Shown: positions 41,700 to 54,160 of the stretch, one piece after another
How positions within the stretch are numbered: position 1 is the stretch's first letter
Layout of the letters: every line of letters begins with the position of its first letter
Source of the DNA: the human T2T-CHM13v2.0 reference genome, Homo sapiens
Assembly (NCBI RefSeq): GCF_009914755.1
Contig: NC_060926.1
Length of the DNA: 64,000 bases
Strand: one strand, 5' to 3'
Made by a program: the position numbers and the translations under genes
The notes under the pieces: model-generated
Seen by the model: only the letters and a program-made list of their open reading frames with translations
The model's database searches: none
Told to the model about the DNA's origin: nothing

Positions 41700-42530
41700 G
41701 GCCAAGCAGCACTAACAACAGAACTGCCAGACCCAGAAAAGTAGACAAAGAGCCGCAAGCTCAGGGTGAGCTGGCACATTAAGATTTCAAAACACAAAAG
41801 GGAAACTCACACATAAGTTAGCCAATAAACTCAAGAGATAGGAGGAAAATAAGGGAGAAATCTGAGAGCATCTTTGAAATCAGTATGTTTAAGATCTAAG
41901 AGGAAAAGAAGGAATAACATATACACACACAAAAAAGAAAAACAGGAAGCTATGAAAAAATAGGTGGATGGCTATGAATCAGAAACAACTGGATATGAAA
42001 AAGAACCAATTTGAAATTTTGGAGAGGAAAAATATATATTTAAATACAAAACCTCTGTAGGTAGCATAAACTCTAGACACAGTTGAAAGTGGAATTAGTG
42101 AAATTGGAAAGCCATACAGAGGAATTTATCCAGAATACAGAGCAGAGATGAAAAATGTGAAAGAGATGTATAAACATGGAGGATAGATTGAGGAGCTCCA
42201 AACTACTTCTAACAGGATTTTCATAACTAGAAAATAGAAGAGATGGGACAGAGAGAAGATTCAAAGGAGTAGTCCCTGAGAATTCTCCAAAATTGAAGAG
42301 GGGCTCAAGTCCTCACACAGAAAGCACAAAGAGTGCTGAGTAGGAAAAATAACCAAAAATCCAAGCCTAAACATGCTGAACTTAAACTTAAAGCATCAAA
42401 GGATAAGGAAAATACTACAAAACCTGCCAGAGGGCAGATACAGATTACTTACATAGAAATGAATAAAAATATAAGAAAGAGCCAGTGTACACACTATTTC
42501 AAAAATATTAAGTGTAAAGAAAAATGGGAA
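41700..42530 (+). mobile_element. Older L1ME-like ORF1 remnant
   Basis: tagacacagttgaaagtggaattagtgaaattggaa...gaatttatccagaatacagagcagagatgaaaa. Confidence 0.6.
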
Positions 42531-43289
42531 AAGGAGGTACTAGCTAAAAGAGGACAAGGTATAGAAGGAAGATTATTTATTAAATGGGAGAGACAACTGG
42601 TTAATAAATTATGGGGGAAAGCTAATAAAGAGGCTAAATATATGAGAGAAGGGATGAGCCAGAGAAGGTATCAAGGATGTGGGTGAAGGCGTTGACCTGG
42701 TGGGACCCAGAGTCCTTGTGACTGGAAGGGAGGGGTGTGGGGAAGTAGAGAGGGGGGTTGGCTTGGAGTTGTGGGAGTTCCATTTCATCCCTGAAGTGGG
42801 AAGCGATACCCCTGAAAATAAGGAAAGGACAAAGCTGGTGATGCAATAGATCATTTATTCATTCCCCTATCATTTATAAAGCACCTACAGATACTAGGGA
42901 CATAGAATGAACTGAGTGAGGGCTCACAGTCCTTGGAAGCTGCAGCGGGACTGAAACACACCAAAAGTTTAAAGAAGAGAGGAAAGGGAAAAGCAGGGAC
43001 CATGGGTGGTGCTTTCCTAAGCAGCCTTCATCTGTCAGCTTGACTTCAAAGAAGATGTGGGCTACTTTGGCATCACTAACGAGTAGTCCCAGCCAGCTCG
43101 GGGTTGGGGCACCCGGGGTGGGTGAAAATAAGGGTAAATCCTACCAGAGATGAGCACACTCTTCACCAGCCAGTGTCATGACCTGAGCTGTGCCTTGCTT
43201 TCTCACGCTACAGTTTTTCTTCTCCAGTGGTTCCATTCTGTGAAATCGGAAGTGACATGGCTGGGGTTCTTTTTTCCTCAGAGACTCAC

Positions 43290-43760
43290 TCTTTTATTCA
43301 AAAAATGTACAGAGCACCTTCTACATGCCAGGGACCATTGCGGGCGTTATCGTGAATTAAGCAGCCATGTCCCCACCTCATGGAGCTCCGTTGCACAGTG
43401 GGGACAGGCAATGAATAATCAGCCTCCAGCGAACATGTAAATTACACAACTGTGAGGAGCTAAGAGCCTTGGGAGCAAAGGAAAGCTGGAGCTAGAGCAG
43501 GAGCAGGGGAGGCTGAGGCTGCAGGGTCAGGCAGCACCGTGAAGGTGGTAGGCAGGTCTCTAGAAGGTGGTATCTGAGCCTTCCAGGCACCCGAGGGTCC
43601 CACCTTGCAGCTATGAGGGAGGTGAGGTCTATGGGCAGGGGTGCTGGCACTGTGCCTCTGAGGTGACCAGGAGCCAGTCCTATTGGCAGAGTGGCCAGGA
43701 GGCCAGTGTGGCTGAGGGGAGAGTATTAGGAGGTGAGGTTGGAGCTTGCTGGAACACACT
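43290..43760 (-). mobile_element. L2 3' fragment
   Basis: ttattcaaaaaatgtacagagcaccttctacatgccaggg...cctcatggagctcc. Confidence 0.55.
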
Positions 43761-44141
43761 CCCTCTCCTTTGGTGCCTGGGATGAGCAAAGTAGTGCGGC
43801 AGGCAAGGGGAAGCCGGCCAGGAGGTAGAGGCCAGCCACGCACAGCCCAGGGGCACAGACCCTGGTGCAGTCCCAACGCCGAGGGCCACAGCGCTTCCCT
43901 GGCAGGCTGTCACCCCCCTTCCAGGGACCCTGGACCGAGAGAAGGGGAGTCAGACAGCTGAGGGGAGAGACGAATAAATCTCGAGGAGCGGCCTCTGAGT
44001 CAGGGTTTCCAGGGTGATTAAATGACCCGAGGCCCCTGGATCTGCGTGATTGCCTGACCTGCTCTCCTTGTAAATGTGGAGCTGTGTTGGGTTAGGATCA
44101 AATGTTTCAAGTTTCCAACCCAGCTGAAGCCCTGAATATTT

Positions 44142-44197
44142 AAAAAAAAAAAAAAAAAAAAAGAAAAGAAAAAGAAAAAGAAAACAGAAAAAAAAAA
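44142..44197. repeat. Isolated A-rich tract
   Basis: A long A run followed by (GAAAA)n, with no recognisable retroelement body upstream. Confidence 0.85.
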
Positions 44198-45320
44198 CTC
44201 ACATAAATCAGCCTTTCTGTATTTCACCTCGTAGAAACAGCAGGCTGCCTAAGTCCCGGAGAATCTGGGATCACATAATTAGATCTCACCAGCGCTTCAC
44301 ACACGGCTGTGTCAGAAGAAGGCCTGACTCCCAGATGGAGAGCTTTGTATGTCTCACGGTGCTACTTCCCGTGGCCTCCAAACGCTGTTAGGATTAACGA
44401 GTGCATAGTTGGGGGCTGAGAAGATTGTTTTTATTGCATGTATTTTCTTTCATGCTCTGAAGCCATGAATGCCACAAAGTCTGCTGGTAGAAAATGATTA
44501 CAGTATGACATAATTTTTCTCTGCCTTAAGAATGCACAGCAGCTGGATGTGAGCTGCGTGGTGCTGCCCGGGCCACTTGGTATAAAGCAGTGTCTGATGC
44601 TCAGCCCAGGTCTCCACTTGGGCCAGAACAACCCAGGACACAAGTCACCATTCCCCTGGGGCCGTTCATTCTCTCCCAGCATTTGTTTCATCCATATTTA
44701 TTAAGGAGATAATTCCCTGAAATTACTAACACACATAGTAGCAGGATTACTATTAATGTGGTGCTGTGTTTAAAGGGAGCTGTATCTTTTCATATGGGAG
44801 ATTTTTGCAAATGTTACAACTTGCAATCCCTAACATCTTTAAGAATTGTTTTTGCTGGCAGCAAGGTGGTGGATCCACAGTTGTAAGGTTCCAGTTTTGT
44901 AAACCTGGAAGCCCGGTGCTTCGACATGCAGGCAGAGCAGCAAATGCAGGCAGATGGCAGCAGGGTGGTGGGCGGCTTCTCCTCCAGGCTGCTGCTGGGA
45001 GAAACGTCTGCTGCTTTCTTCCTGCAATTGTCCCCAGCCAAGGCAGCTCTCACATGCTCAGCCCTCACTCTTGCTGAGTGACATACCCAGTGTGGAAACC
45101 AAGGACCAGCCAGGCCAGTTCGGGATCAAGAGTAACTAGAGTCAAGCTTGGTCGGCTTGCATGCAGTGGTGCTTAATAATTCAGGGGACATCTTGAGGCT
45201 TCACTGAGATGCTTTCACAGGCTTTATGTTTATGAGCATTTTACAACCATATTTCAAAACCATATTTTCAAAATTTTTCTGAGTGCTTCAGCTCATCACA
45301 GCAGAGAAAATTATTTAGAG

Positions 45321-45839
45321 CAGGAGTCCCCAGCCTCCAAGCCACAGACCAATTCCGGTCCATGGTCTGTTAGGAACTGGGCTGCACAGCAGGTTGTGAG
45401 TGGTGGGTGAGCAAGGAAAACTTCATCTGTATTTACAGCCCCTCCTCAACGCTTGCATTACCACCTGAGCTCCACCACCCATCACATTAGCAGCGGCATT
45501 AGGTTCTCATAGGAGAGCAAACCTTACTCCACTTACTTGGGATCTAGGTTGCACGCTCCTTATGAGAATCTAATGGCTGATGATCTGTCACTGTCTCCCA
45601 TCATCTCTAGATGGGCCTGTCTAGTTGCAGGAAAATAAGCTCAGGGGTCCTACTGATTCTATGTTATGGTGAGTTGTATACTTATTTCACTATATATTAC
45701 AATGTAGTAATAATAGAAATAAAGTACATAACAAATGTAATGCACTTGAATCATCCCGAAACCATCCCCTGCCTCAGTCTGTGGAAAAATTGTCTTCCAC
45801 AAAACGGGTCCTTGGTGCCAAAATGGTTGGGGACCGCTG
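45321..45839. mobile_element. MER1A-like hAT-Charlie element, near full length
   Basis: Termini caggagtccccagcc / ggttggggaccgctg, internal gttgcacgctccttatgagaatctaatg. Confidence 0.85.
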
Positions 45840-46163
45840 AGTTAAAGGACTTCATAGAACTGGGAATGTGCCCATGTTCATGGCAACCTTGGCAAAGCTG
45901 TTTTAGCTCCACCTGAGGAAAGGGGTGTTTTGAGCCGTGGCAGGGCCCCCTGATCCCTTGGGCTTTGGAAGATAGGAATGCATTTTCAGGGTTTCTTGGC
46001 CTGTTTCTCCATCTGTGAAGAGGCCAGGTCTGTCTGGAGAAACTTCAGAGAGAGGCTGTGAGTGCTCGAGAAGGGAGCCTGAGTGTGCATTGCAGCTGCC
46101 TGGCAGGCATGGCAAGTTGCAAACTAACCTTTCAACCTGCTGTCTCTCCAACCCCGTCTCCAG

Positions 46164-46483
46164 CTGCCCACTCTGCAGCCCAGGCTCAGGACCGGCCAAC
46201 TGCCACCGTGTCACCCCTGCGCACCCAGAACTCTCCATCCCGCCTGCCTGCCACCAGCCTCAGGCCCCACTCGGTGGTGTCCCCGCAGCACAGCCACCAG
46301 CCCCCGGTGCAGATGTGCCCACGGCCGGCCATCCCCCTCACATCAGCAGCATCAGCCATCACACCTCCCAACGTCAGTGCCGCAAACCTCAACGGGGAGG
46401 CTGGAGGGGGGCCCATCGGTGTTCTGTCCACATCCAGCCCCACCAACACGGGATGCAAACTAGACGAGAAGAAAAGTGAAAAG
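46164..46483 (+). CDS. SH3RF3: SH3RF3 exon (probably exon 8), (A)AHSAAQAQDRPTATVSPLR...GCKLDEKKSEK
   Basis: Acceptor CCCGTCTCCAG and donor AAG|GTAAGA. 320 bp, phase 1 to 0, open in the spliced frame. Confidence 0.92.
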
Positions 46484-47057
46484 GTAAGAGGCCCATCCTG
46501 GACGAGCCCTGGGCTCGAGGCCAGCTGCTTACTGTAACTTTTTGGCACTAGATGGCAGTGGCATTTGTGCAATTGAAGCTAGAATGTGGGCTCCAAGTGC
46601 CTGCCCCTAGATGAACCAGGCGTGTGACAGAGAGGGAGCCAAACCACCAGAGCAGCTGGTTGGAGAGGAATCAGGCAGGCCTTGGGTGCTGGCAGGGCCA
46701 TGCAAGTCCAGCTACATTTCTCATGCAAATCAGAAAAAGGTGTCCCCTCTTGAAAATGCCTTAGTTCCATCTGTTGTAAAATCATTGTAATATACTCATT
46801 TTGTTAGAACAGGATATTTATTGCCATGTGCTGGGATATTGTAATAATAAATATACAAATCTACGTGTGCAGTGTGAACAGCACCCACTCCCTTCAATAT
46901 GTCATCCTTGTGCAGTCCACAACCTGTTCAACCATATGGGACAGGCCTGTTTCCTGAGGAGCAATGAGAAGGAACAGGAGAATGCTGACCTGATGGCTGG
47001 TGTGTTTTTTAGCTATTCTTTTAGCCATGAAGTGCTGATTTCATAAAAGAAAATCTG

Positions 47058-47354
47058 GGCCAGGCGTGGTGGCTCAAGCCTGTAATCTCAGCACTTTGGG
47101 AGGCTGAGGCGGGCGGATCACCTGAGGTCAGGAGTTTGAAACCAGCCTGGCCAACATGGCAAAACCCCATCTCTACTAAAAATACAAAAATTAGCCAGGC
47201 ATGGTGGCGTGCGCCTGTAATCCCAGCTACCTAGGAGGCTGAGGCAGGAGAATCACTGGAAACCGGGGGGCAGAGCCTGCAGTGAGCCAAGATTGTGCCA
47301 CTGCACTCCAGCCTGGGCAACAGAGCAAGACTGCATCTCAAAAAAAAAAAAAGA
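47058..47354 (+). mobile_element. AluS (Sx-like)
   Basis: Full Alu with a perfect 13-bp TSD aaaagaaaatctg. Confidence 0.95.
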
Positions 47355-47441
47355 AAAAGAAAATCTGAGTCCAAGAAACTTGTTCCGGTTGCCACCCTGC
47401 TAGACGTTAGATTAACCAGGATGAGAATCCAGACTTCTAAA

Positions 47442-47690
47442 TCAGTGCTGTCCAGCAGAAACATAATGCAAACCTCAAATCTAATTTTAAATTTTCTAGT
47501 AGCCACATTTTTAAAAAGTAAAATTAATTTTAAAGTAAATTTAAAAGGTGAAATTCATTTTAACAGCTTATTCCATTAAACCCAATATCCAGAATATTAT
47601 TGTTTCAACATGTAACCTATGTTTTAAAATTGTTGATGAGATATTTTAGTATTTTTTTTTTACATGAAGTTTTTGGAAGCCCATGTGAAA
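47442..47690. mobile_element. MER33-like hAT MITE fragment
   Basis: cagtgctgtccagcagaaacataatgc...aattttctagtagccacattt. Confidence 0.7.
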
Positions 47691-49687
47691 TCCAATAAGC
47701 AATTCTCCAGGGCTCAGGGCCCATGCACTGCCTGAGGCTGTATCCCTAGGGCGTTGGGCTGGGTGCTGGGCAAGGAGCCACTCTGTGTATTGGCCTTGCT
47801 GCCTGAACGGTTTAGGGATTGTTCTCTCTTGGCTTGACTGATTCTGCAGATCTTTTGACATCTTTCCATATAAAATTAGTCTTTGGATCACCCTGGACAC
47901 TAGATGGTGTGTTCCAGGCAAGGACAGCCTCTCTCTCTTTCTCGAGGACATTGCCAAACCCAGCGCTGACTCGGCGGGCTCTCTGCCCATCACCCTGGAG
48001 GCAGGCCCTGCTCCCCTGTCCTCAACATGAGCCGGGAACGCTGCAGACATGGGCCACACCAGGTTCCGCAGGGCCTCAGCACCTCCTGTGTTGTTCAGTC
48101 CAGAGCAATGGTTGTTCCCGTGCTGACTGGTGTGGCAGAGCCAATGCAGCTAGCAAAGCTCAGGTCTGCTCCAGCCTAACAGGGCGCCTGGCATGAAGGG
48201 CAACAGCTGCTCTGTGTTTTGTGTGTCTGTTTGAAGATCAGTTCAGTCTTGAATCTGTTCCCTTCTACCCTGCAGCCCTTGTTATGAGATGTGGCTGGGT
48301 CTCATCAGGAGGGAGAGGTGGGATTCACAGTCCTACCCTCTCACTTAAGCATTCTTCCTTCTTCTGAGCTGCTCAGAAACAACCAGGGGCAGACTTGGAA
48401 AGTGGGGGCCGTAATAGTTCCTTAAGCATTTCTAGTTCTTTGCCCAAGAATTCCCTCTCTCTAGTTTGTGAAGCAAATGGGACTGGCTTCAATAATACCA
48501 TTGCTGAGTGGGTTTCTATGACATTACGTCCTGTACGAATCTACACGGAGGATGATGCTGTTCCCCATCACCCACCTAAGTGTGAAGCTAATGAACACCA
48601 GCTGAGTCTGTTCCTAGCCTGCCTGTTAGACACTTTGTAAATATTTCGCTTTCTCTTAAGGTTTATGCCCTCTAACAGTTGTGCTATATCAGCAAAGAAC
48701 AGTTGAGTCCAGAAGACACCCCAACATCCCTCTTGATGAAAGGCGACATGCAGGGACGCCCTGCCATGCAAGCTGCACATACAGTGGCTCAGCCTCCTCC
48801 TCCCCTGATAGCTCCCGAGCCTCTGTGGGCAGCAGAAGTGCGTAGGCCACGCTTGGGGCTGGACACATGCTGTGGGAGCAGTCCACGCTGCACTCCAGGC
48901 AGGAGGGGAAGTGGTTTTTGTGAGGCCCTCTGAGCTTATGTCCAGAGGTTCAGCAAACCCCAGCAGAGAAGCACATTGCCCTCCCACACATTGTGTGTGC
49001 TTTTCATTCCCACCTCTCATAAACAACAAAGACAAGCACTGGTCTACAAAACCACCTGTGAACATTTTGCCCATCTGTGTTCCCACTTGAATTTCTCCTA
49101 ATTTGCAGCAGGGCCCAAGGCATTTACAGCTGCCATTTGCAGCAGAAGAGCAGAAATGATGGTCATTTTAGTCCACTGCTCAGAAGCAAGTGAGCCAGTG
49201 TGACCTGCACCAGCAGACTGTGCTGGGCTAGGGGGCTGCAGCCAGCACACTCCCTGCAGGCCGCTTCCTGAGCCCCACCCCTCCATGACTACACTAAACA
49301 GGCTTCCTAACTTTGGGCAACTTGATCATAGATGTACACATGTCTAATTATGGCAAAGGTTTTTTAAAGCATTTGGCAGTATTCTCCAGTCTGTTTCTGT
49401 TAAATTTTCTTTGGGAAAAGACAGTGAGCTCCTCACTCCCACATCCACTGATGCATATACCTCAGTGCAGCGCAGTTTCCTAGCGCTAGTGCTGCTAAAT
49501 TCCACCCAGGCCCTTCCATGCATGTACCAGAGAGAAGGCAGGGTGGATACAGCTCCTGGGCGCCGTAGAGTAGGGAGTAATTTTCTCCTAGGAGCGTGGG
49601 AGATTTACGCGCCATATCCCTGTGTGTGGAGAAGGAAGAAGCCCCAAAACCAGCTCTGTGTTGTGTGGTGTCAGTGGCTATGGTCAA

Positions 49688-50022
49688 GGTCCCAGGAGGC
49701 TGGTTCCCGGGAGGCTTGTGCCAGGAGGCTTGTCCCCAGGAGGCTGGTGCTGGCAGGCTGGTCCCAGGAGGCTGGTCCCTGGGAGGCTGGTGCTGGGAGG
49801 CTGGTTCTGGGAGGCTGGTGCCAGGAGGCTGGTCCCTGGGAGGCTGGTCCCGGGAGGCTGGTGCCAGGAGGCTGGTCCCAGGAGGCTGGTCCCGGGAGGC
49901 TGGTGCCAGGAGGCTGGTCCCGGGAGGCTGGTGCCGGGAGGCTGGTCCCTGGGAGGCTGGTCCCTGGGAGGCTATTCCCGGGAGGCTGGTCCCCGGGAAA
50001 CTGGTCCCCGGGAGGCTGGTGC
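49688..50022. repeat. G-rich minisatellite, 14-15 bp unit, consensus GGTCCC(A/G)GGAGGCT, ~23 copies
   Basis: Directly visible tandem array with variant units. Confidence 0.95.
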
Positions 50023-51027
50023 TCTGCTGCTATATCCAGGGGGATTGGGCCTTTGAGCTCTGTTCCCTGCGTGGCCCGATGTGGTGTGCAGGCCTCTGGG
50101 GATAATACAAGTGCAGACAGAGTGGCAGTTCTTTCTCCAGACCCATTCCTGAACCAGAGCTCCTCTCTGGGCCCAGGCATCTGCCAGCCTATGCAGGAAC
50201 CTCTCCAGCCTACTCTCCCAGGTCTCTTCCTGCCCACCTGCCTGATCATATTGCTCCCTGCAGGGGCTGCCCTGTGGCCAGGCCCCCAACACCCACAAGT
50301 TACACAGTAGAACTCAAATCTGGTTTTAAAAGGTGGTCTTCAGGATTTAAGTTATCCTTTTGCACTTAAAAATGAATTTTGTGCTTGAAACAACCATGGA
50401 ACACTGCCTATTGTGTCCATCCGTGACAGTTTTCTGGTTTTGAAACTGTGTGAGCACATCAGCACCAGGTGATACGAACCCTCAGGGTACCTAAGTCCAG
50501 GGGAGAGTCACCCAGAAGAGAAGGGTGCAATGGGCTGCGTGCAGTTGGCATCCCTAACCACCCGACCGGCCATCACTCACTCTCTTACTTGTGCCCCAAT
50601 CCCTGACTCATCTGTGTATTGCAAAGAGCATGAGGATGTACCTGGCAGAGCGCAGGCACACGGTTCATAATGATGGAAAGGTCAACCCTGGCCTGGAGGA
50701 GCCAGAGTATAGTACAGGTCACTGTACAGGTAAACAGGCGATTGATTGCAGGAGAGGGTGGGTGATTGACCTGCGTGTGGGAACAGAGGGTCACCGACAA
50801 AGGCGCCTGGTCAGCCCAGGTCAGGGGAGACTTCCCGGGGCACAGATGGGAGGATCCTTGGCTGAGGGTCAGCCTGAGCAGAGGCCAGGGGACATGGCCC
50901 GAAGATGAGGGCCAGGGACGGGAGAGGTAGCAGGCAGCCCTGGGAGGGCCTCGTTGCCAACTGCTCAGCACTGCAAAATCTGCAGATGCTGGGCAGGAGG
51001 GTGCCATCCTGTAACTTAACTACTTAA

Positions 51028-51410
51028 ATATCCTGTAACTTAAATACTATCGTATAATAATCATATCATATAAAAGTCAGTGCAACTTACATTACATGGT
51101 GAGATAAGAGAGAGAAGAAAACAAAGGTACTGCTTAATATACACATTCACACAGACATATTCATAATAAAATAGGAGGAAATACTTACAACAATTACAAT
51201 CCTCATTTCTGTAGCTGTTCACATGGTCGTGGCTGGTATTTATAATTACTTTGTCTACTATCCAATCTGTATTCCCCTTCCCTTCAGAAAGCGCCTCAGC
51301 TGGGCATGGACCCTTACCTGGTGGGGTGACCCGAACCTTCACTCCTGAAGGGTCTGGGCCATTTTTAGTCCTGTCTGGATTGGGTGGTTATAGTTTTCCA
51401 TTGACCTCAG
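51028..51410. repeat. ~383-bp duplicate of the ERV-L segment at 56155-56536, same orientation
   Basis: About 14 differences by manual comparison (~96% identity). Confidence 0.95.
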
Positions 51411-53694
51411 GAAGGCTTGAGCACAGGCCATGAGTGGTGCTCCTTGCCTCCTCGGGGTTCTGAGCCTCTTGCTGTCCCTGTGCAGTTGACCAAGTCCACA
51501 CGGTGAGAGCGCTCCCGCCGGCTGCCTGACTTCTGTGGAGCCCTCTCCTTGGTGCTGAGGTTCCCCAAGGCTCTGGCCTGGCCATGAGTTCCACAGCAGC
51601 ATTCTTCAAATGATCAATCCAGTGGATTGGGACCCACATTTTTATTTAGATTGGATGGGATAAACAGAATGAAACAGGGTAGGATAGATCTTCATGGTGA
51701 GCATACAGTAGGGACGGTACACTGGGGAGCTTCTGTGTTGCTGTGTGCGAGTCCTGACATAAAACTTAATTCAAAAACATCTCGAAGCCTTAGGTCGACA
51801 ACCCCAGCCCATAGAAGGCACCTGGTGATGATTGTAGACTAAAGAGAATTGGAAAAACTGCTGCCAGTAAGTTTTCACTCTCACGACTTATGGGAAATTC
51901 TTTATGGGCCAGAAAAAAAAAAAGTTAACTCTCTCTTTATGGGTGTGGTAGTTTTAGTTTCAGTGAGTAATAGAATATTGAAACTTGAAAGAGCCTCTAA
52001 AGATGTTTTATATTAAACTCTCCATTTTCCATGATGTTCCTGAGGCTCAGAGACCTTCAGAGACTTGCCTGGGGCCACACAGCATCGGCAGTGGAGCTGG
52101 CATGGGAATGCTGGCCTCCTGCCTCCTGTGTTGGGTCCAAGTGCTGACTGTGGTGGCCTCCTAGTCCCTGGGAGGTCATGGCCCGTCCAGGAGTCCCACA
52201 GTGAGACATCCAGGGTAGCGGCTGGCAGGAGACCATGAGGCTGGCCTTGGGGGGAGAAAGGGCCCTAGGTGTCTGCCTTCTGGGTCCACATTGGACCCAG
52301 CCACAGCCAGAACCCATGCAACAATGAATCACTTACCAGTCCATGTGGATGACCGACATAATCAAGACTGCAAACCCAATTTGGTCTGAAAGGAACAGAG
52401 GACCTGACAGAATGACCCATAATGACAGCAGCAAGGCCTGGTCTGGGGCGTGGAGTCTGTGGGACACATGTGTGCACCCACCCATTAAATATATGTATAT
52501 CTCATATATGTGTGTTACATATGGCATATACACTCATGATATTATATAGGAGTGTGATTATATTTTTCATGAAACCCCAGGAACATCCAATCTGAAGAAA
52601 TCTTGAGGATGAAGCTCTTTTGAGTGGCCAGGCAGCTCTCTCTAAAGTGAAGAATCGCTGGCTTATAAATGTATTTCCTCTCGAGTGGAGGCACCCTGCA
52701 ATAGGTAGACCCTTACTCGTCCATCCCAGTTCTGTCGACAGGCAGCCTGGGAAGCCAGCTGCTGCCAGCGCTCATCCCAGCTTCTCCAGGTTTACCAGTG
52801 CCATTCACTTCCGAAGTGACAGCTACACTCTGCTGGCACAGGCTGGCTGCATGCTCCCACCAACCAGGGTGGGGAGGGGCCTGCTGTCACCTGCACACAC
52901 TGGCATGAGAGGTAGAAGGGGCTGGATCTGACCTCACCCAGAACTGATTCACCCACGTGGGAACCATCATGCAGGTCTTAGGGGAGACCTGCCCTGCAGC
53001 CTGCTCACGGAGCCCCTTGGCCCATGCTCTGTCATCAGGTGCAGCCACAGTCTGATGCATCGCTGGGCTCCCAGGCCCACTGGGGGCTTGGGAACCTCAG
53101 GTCTGCCGCACAGCAAAGTCACTGAAGAGTCTCATGGTCAGCCATGGGCCATGGAAACCACCTCTGCCCTGGCCACTTGTGCCTGGCAGCTCTGCTGGTT
53201 AGTGGCACTGGCGTTGGCTGGGCAGAAGGGGTCGCAGAGTCAGCCCCGTGTGGCTGGGAGCACCGGCGACTCCAGGTCCTCTTCCTGTTCCCCTATTGTC
53301 AGGCTGCCTTCCGAGGGATAAGGGGAGCCAGCATGTGCGGCTGAAAATGAACCCATCCTGAAAGCGTGAATCCCAGCTGCCAAAAAACATTTTGAAGTTT
53401 TCCAGACAGCCTTTTTTGGAAGGCATAAACTGCTGGAGCATCGCTTCACTGGTGACAGGAGTGGCAACCTTTCTCTAAGTTAGGAATGTCCCGTCAGAGC
53501 ACAGGCCCTCAGTGGGGCAGGGCAGTGGCCCAGCCTGGTCTGAGCAGAGGTCAGTGGTGGCCTGGAGGCTTCTCTTGTTATCTGCGCCCTCCCAGGACAG
53601 GAAGTGAAGCTGGCTGTCCCCAGTTCTCCTGTAGAAACTCCGTGGCCTCTGCATTGGGATGAGACTTCTGGATCTCAGCGTGGTTGTGAGTGCT

Positions 53695-54160
53695 GGTGAC
53701 CCTTTCAGGGTACAAATGTGGACATGAAGTCCAGAGAGGCAAGGTGACCTGCCCAAGGCCACACAACGAGTAGGGCACTGGGAATGAAACCAGGCTCCAT
53801 GGTACCCACAAGTGCCCACTCCCCATTCTCTGCTACTGCTAGTCAGCTTCTCTTCTGGGGAGAATAGCCTAGGGCTCATGCCGCTGAGCCTTCAGAAAGT
53901 GGCAGGGACGAGGGAAGGAGCACAGTCATCTCAACAGCGAGTGAAGCTTGAATTTGGAGGAGGAAGACACAGTGGATTAATCAGCATGGAGGGTGGACCT
54001 GGGGTCGGCTGCCTAGTGTGAATCAATCTCCTGTTTACCAATTATGTGACTTCGAGCAAGCTTCTCCACCTTCCATGCCTCAGTTTCCACATCTGTGAAA
54101 TGGGGACGATAGCACCTACCACCCTGAGTTGTTGGGAGTAGTAAATTTAGTTAGTTTGAC
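53695..54160. mobile_element. Two MIR fragments (minus ~53695-53800; plus ~54020-54160)
   Basis: cagagaggcaaggtgacctgcccaaggccacaca and gcctcagtttccacatctgtgaaatgggg. Confidence 0.7.

Noticed and set aside
49411-50310. 299-aa ORF, the longest in the window
   Set aside because: It starts at TTG, its length comes from the stop-free minisatellite, and it has no domain or exon support.
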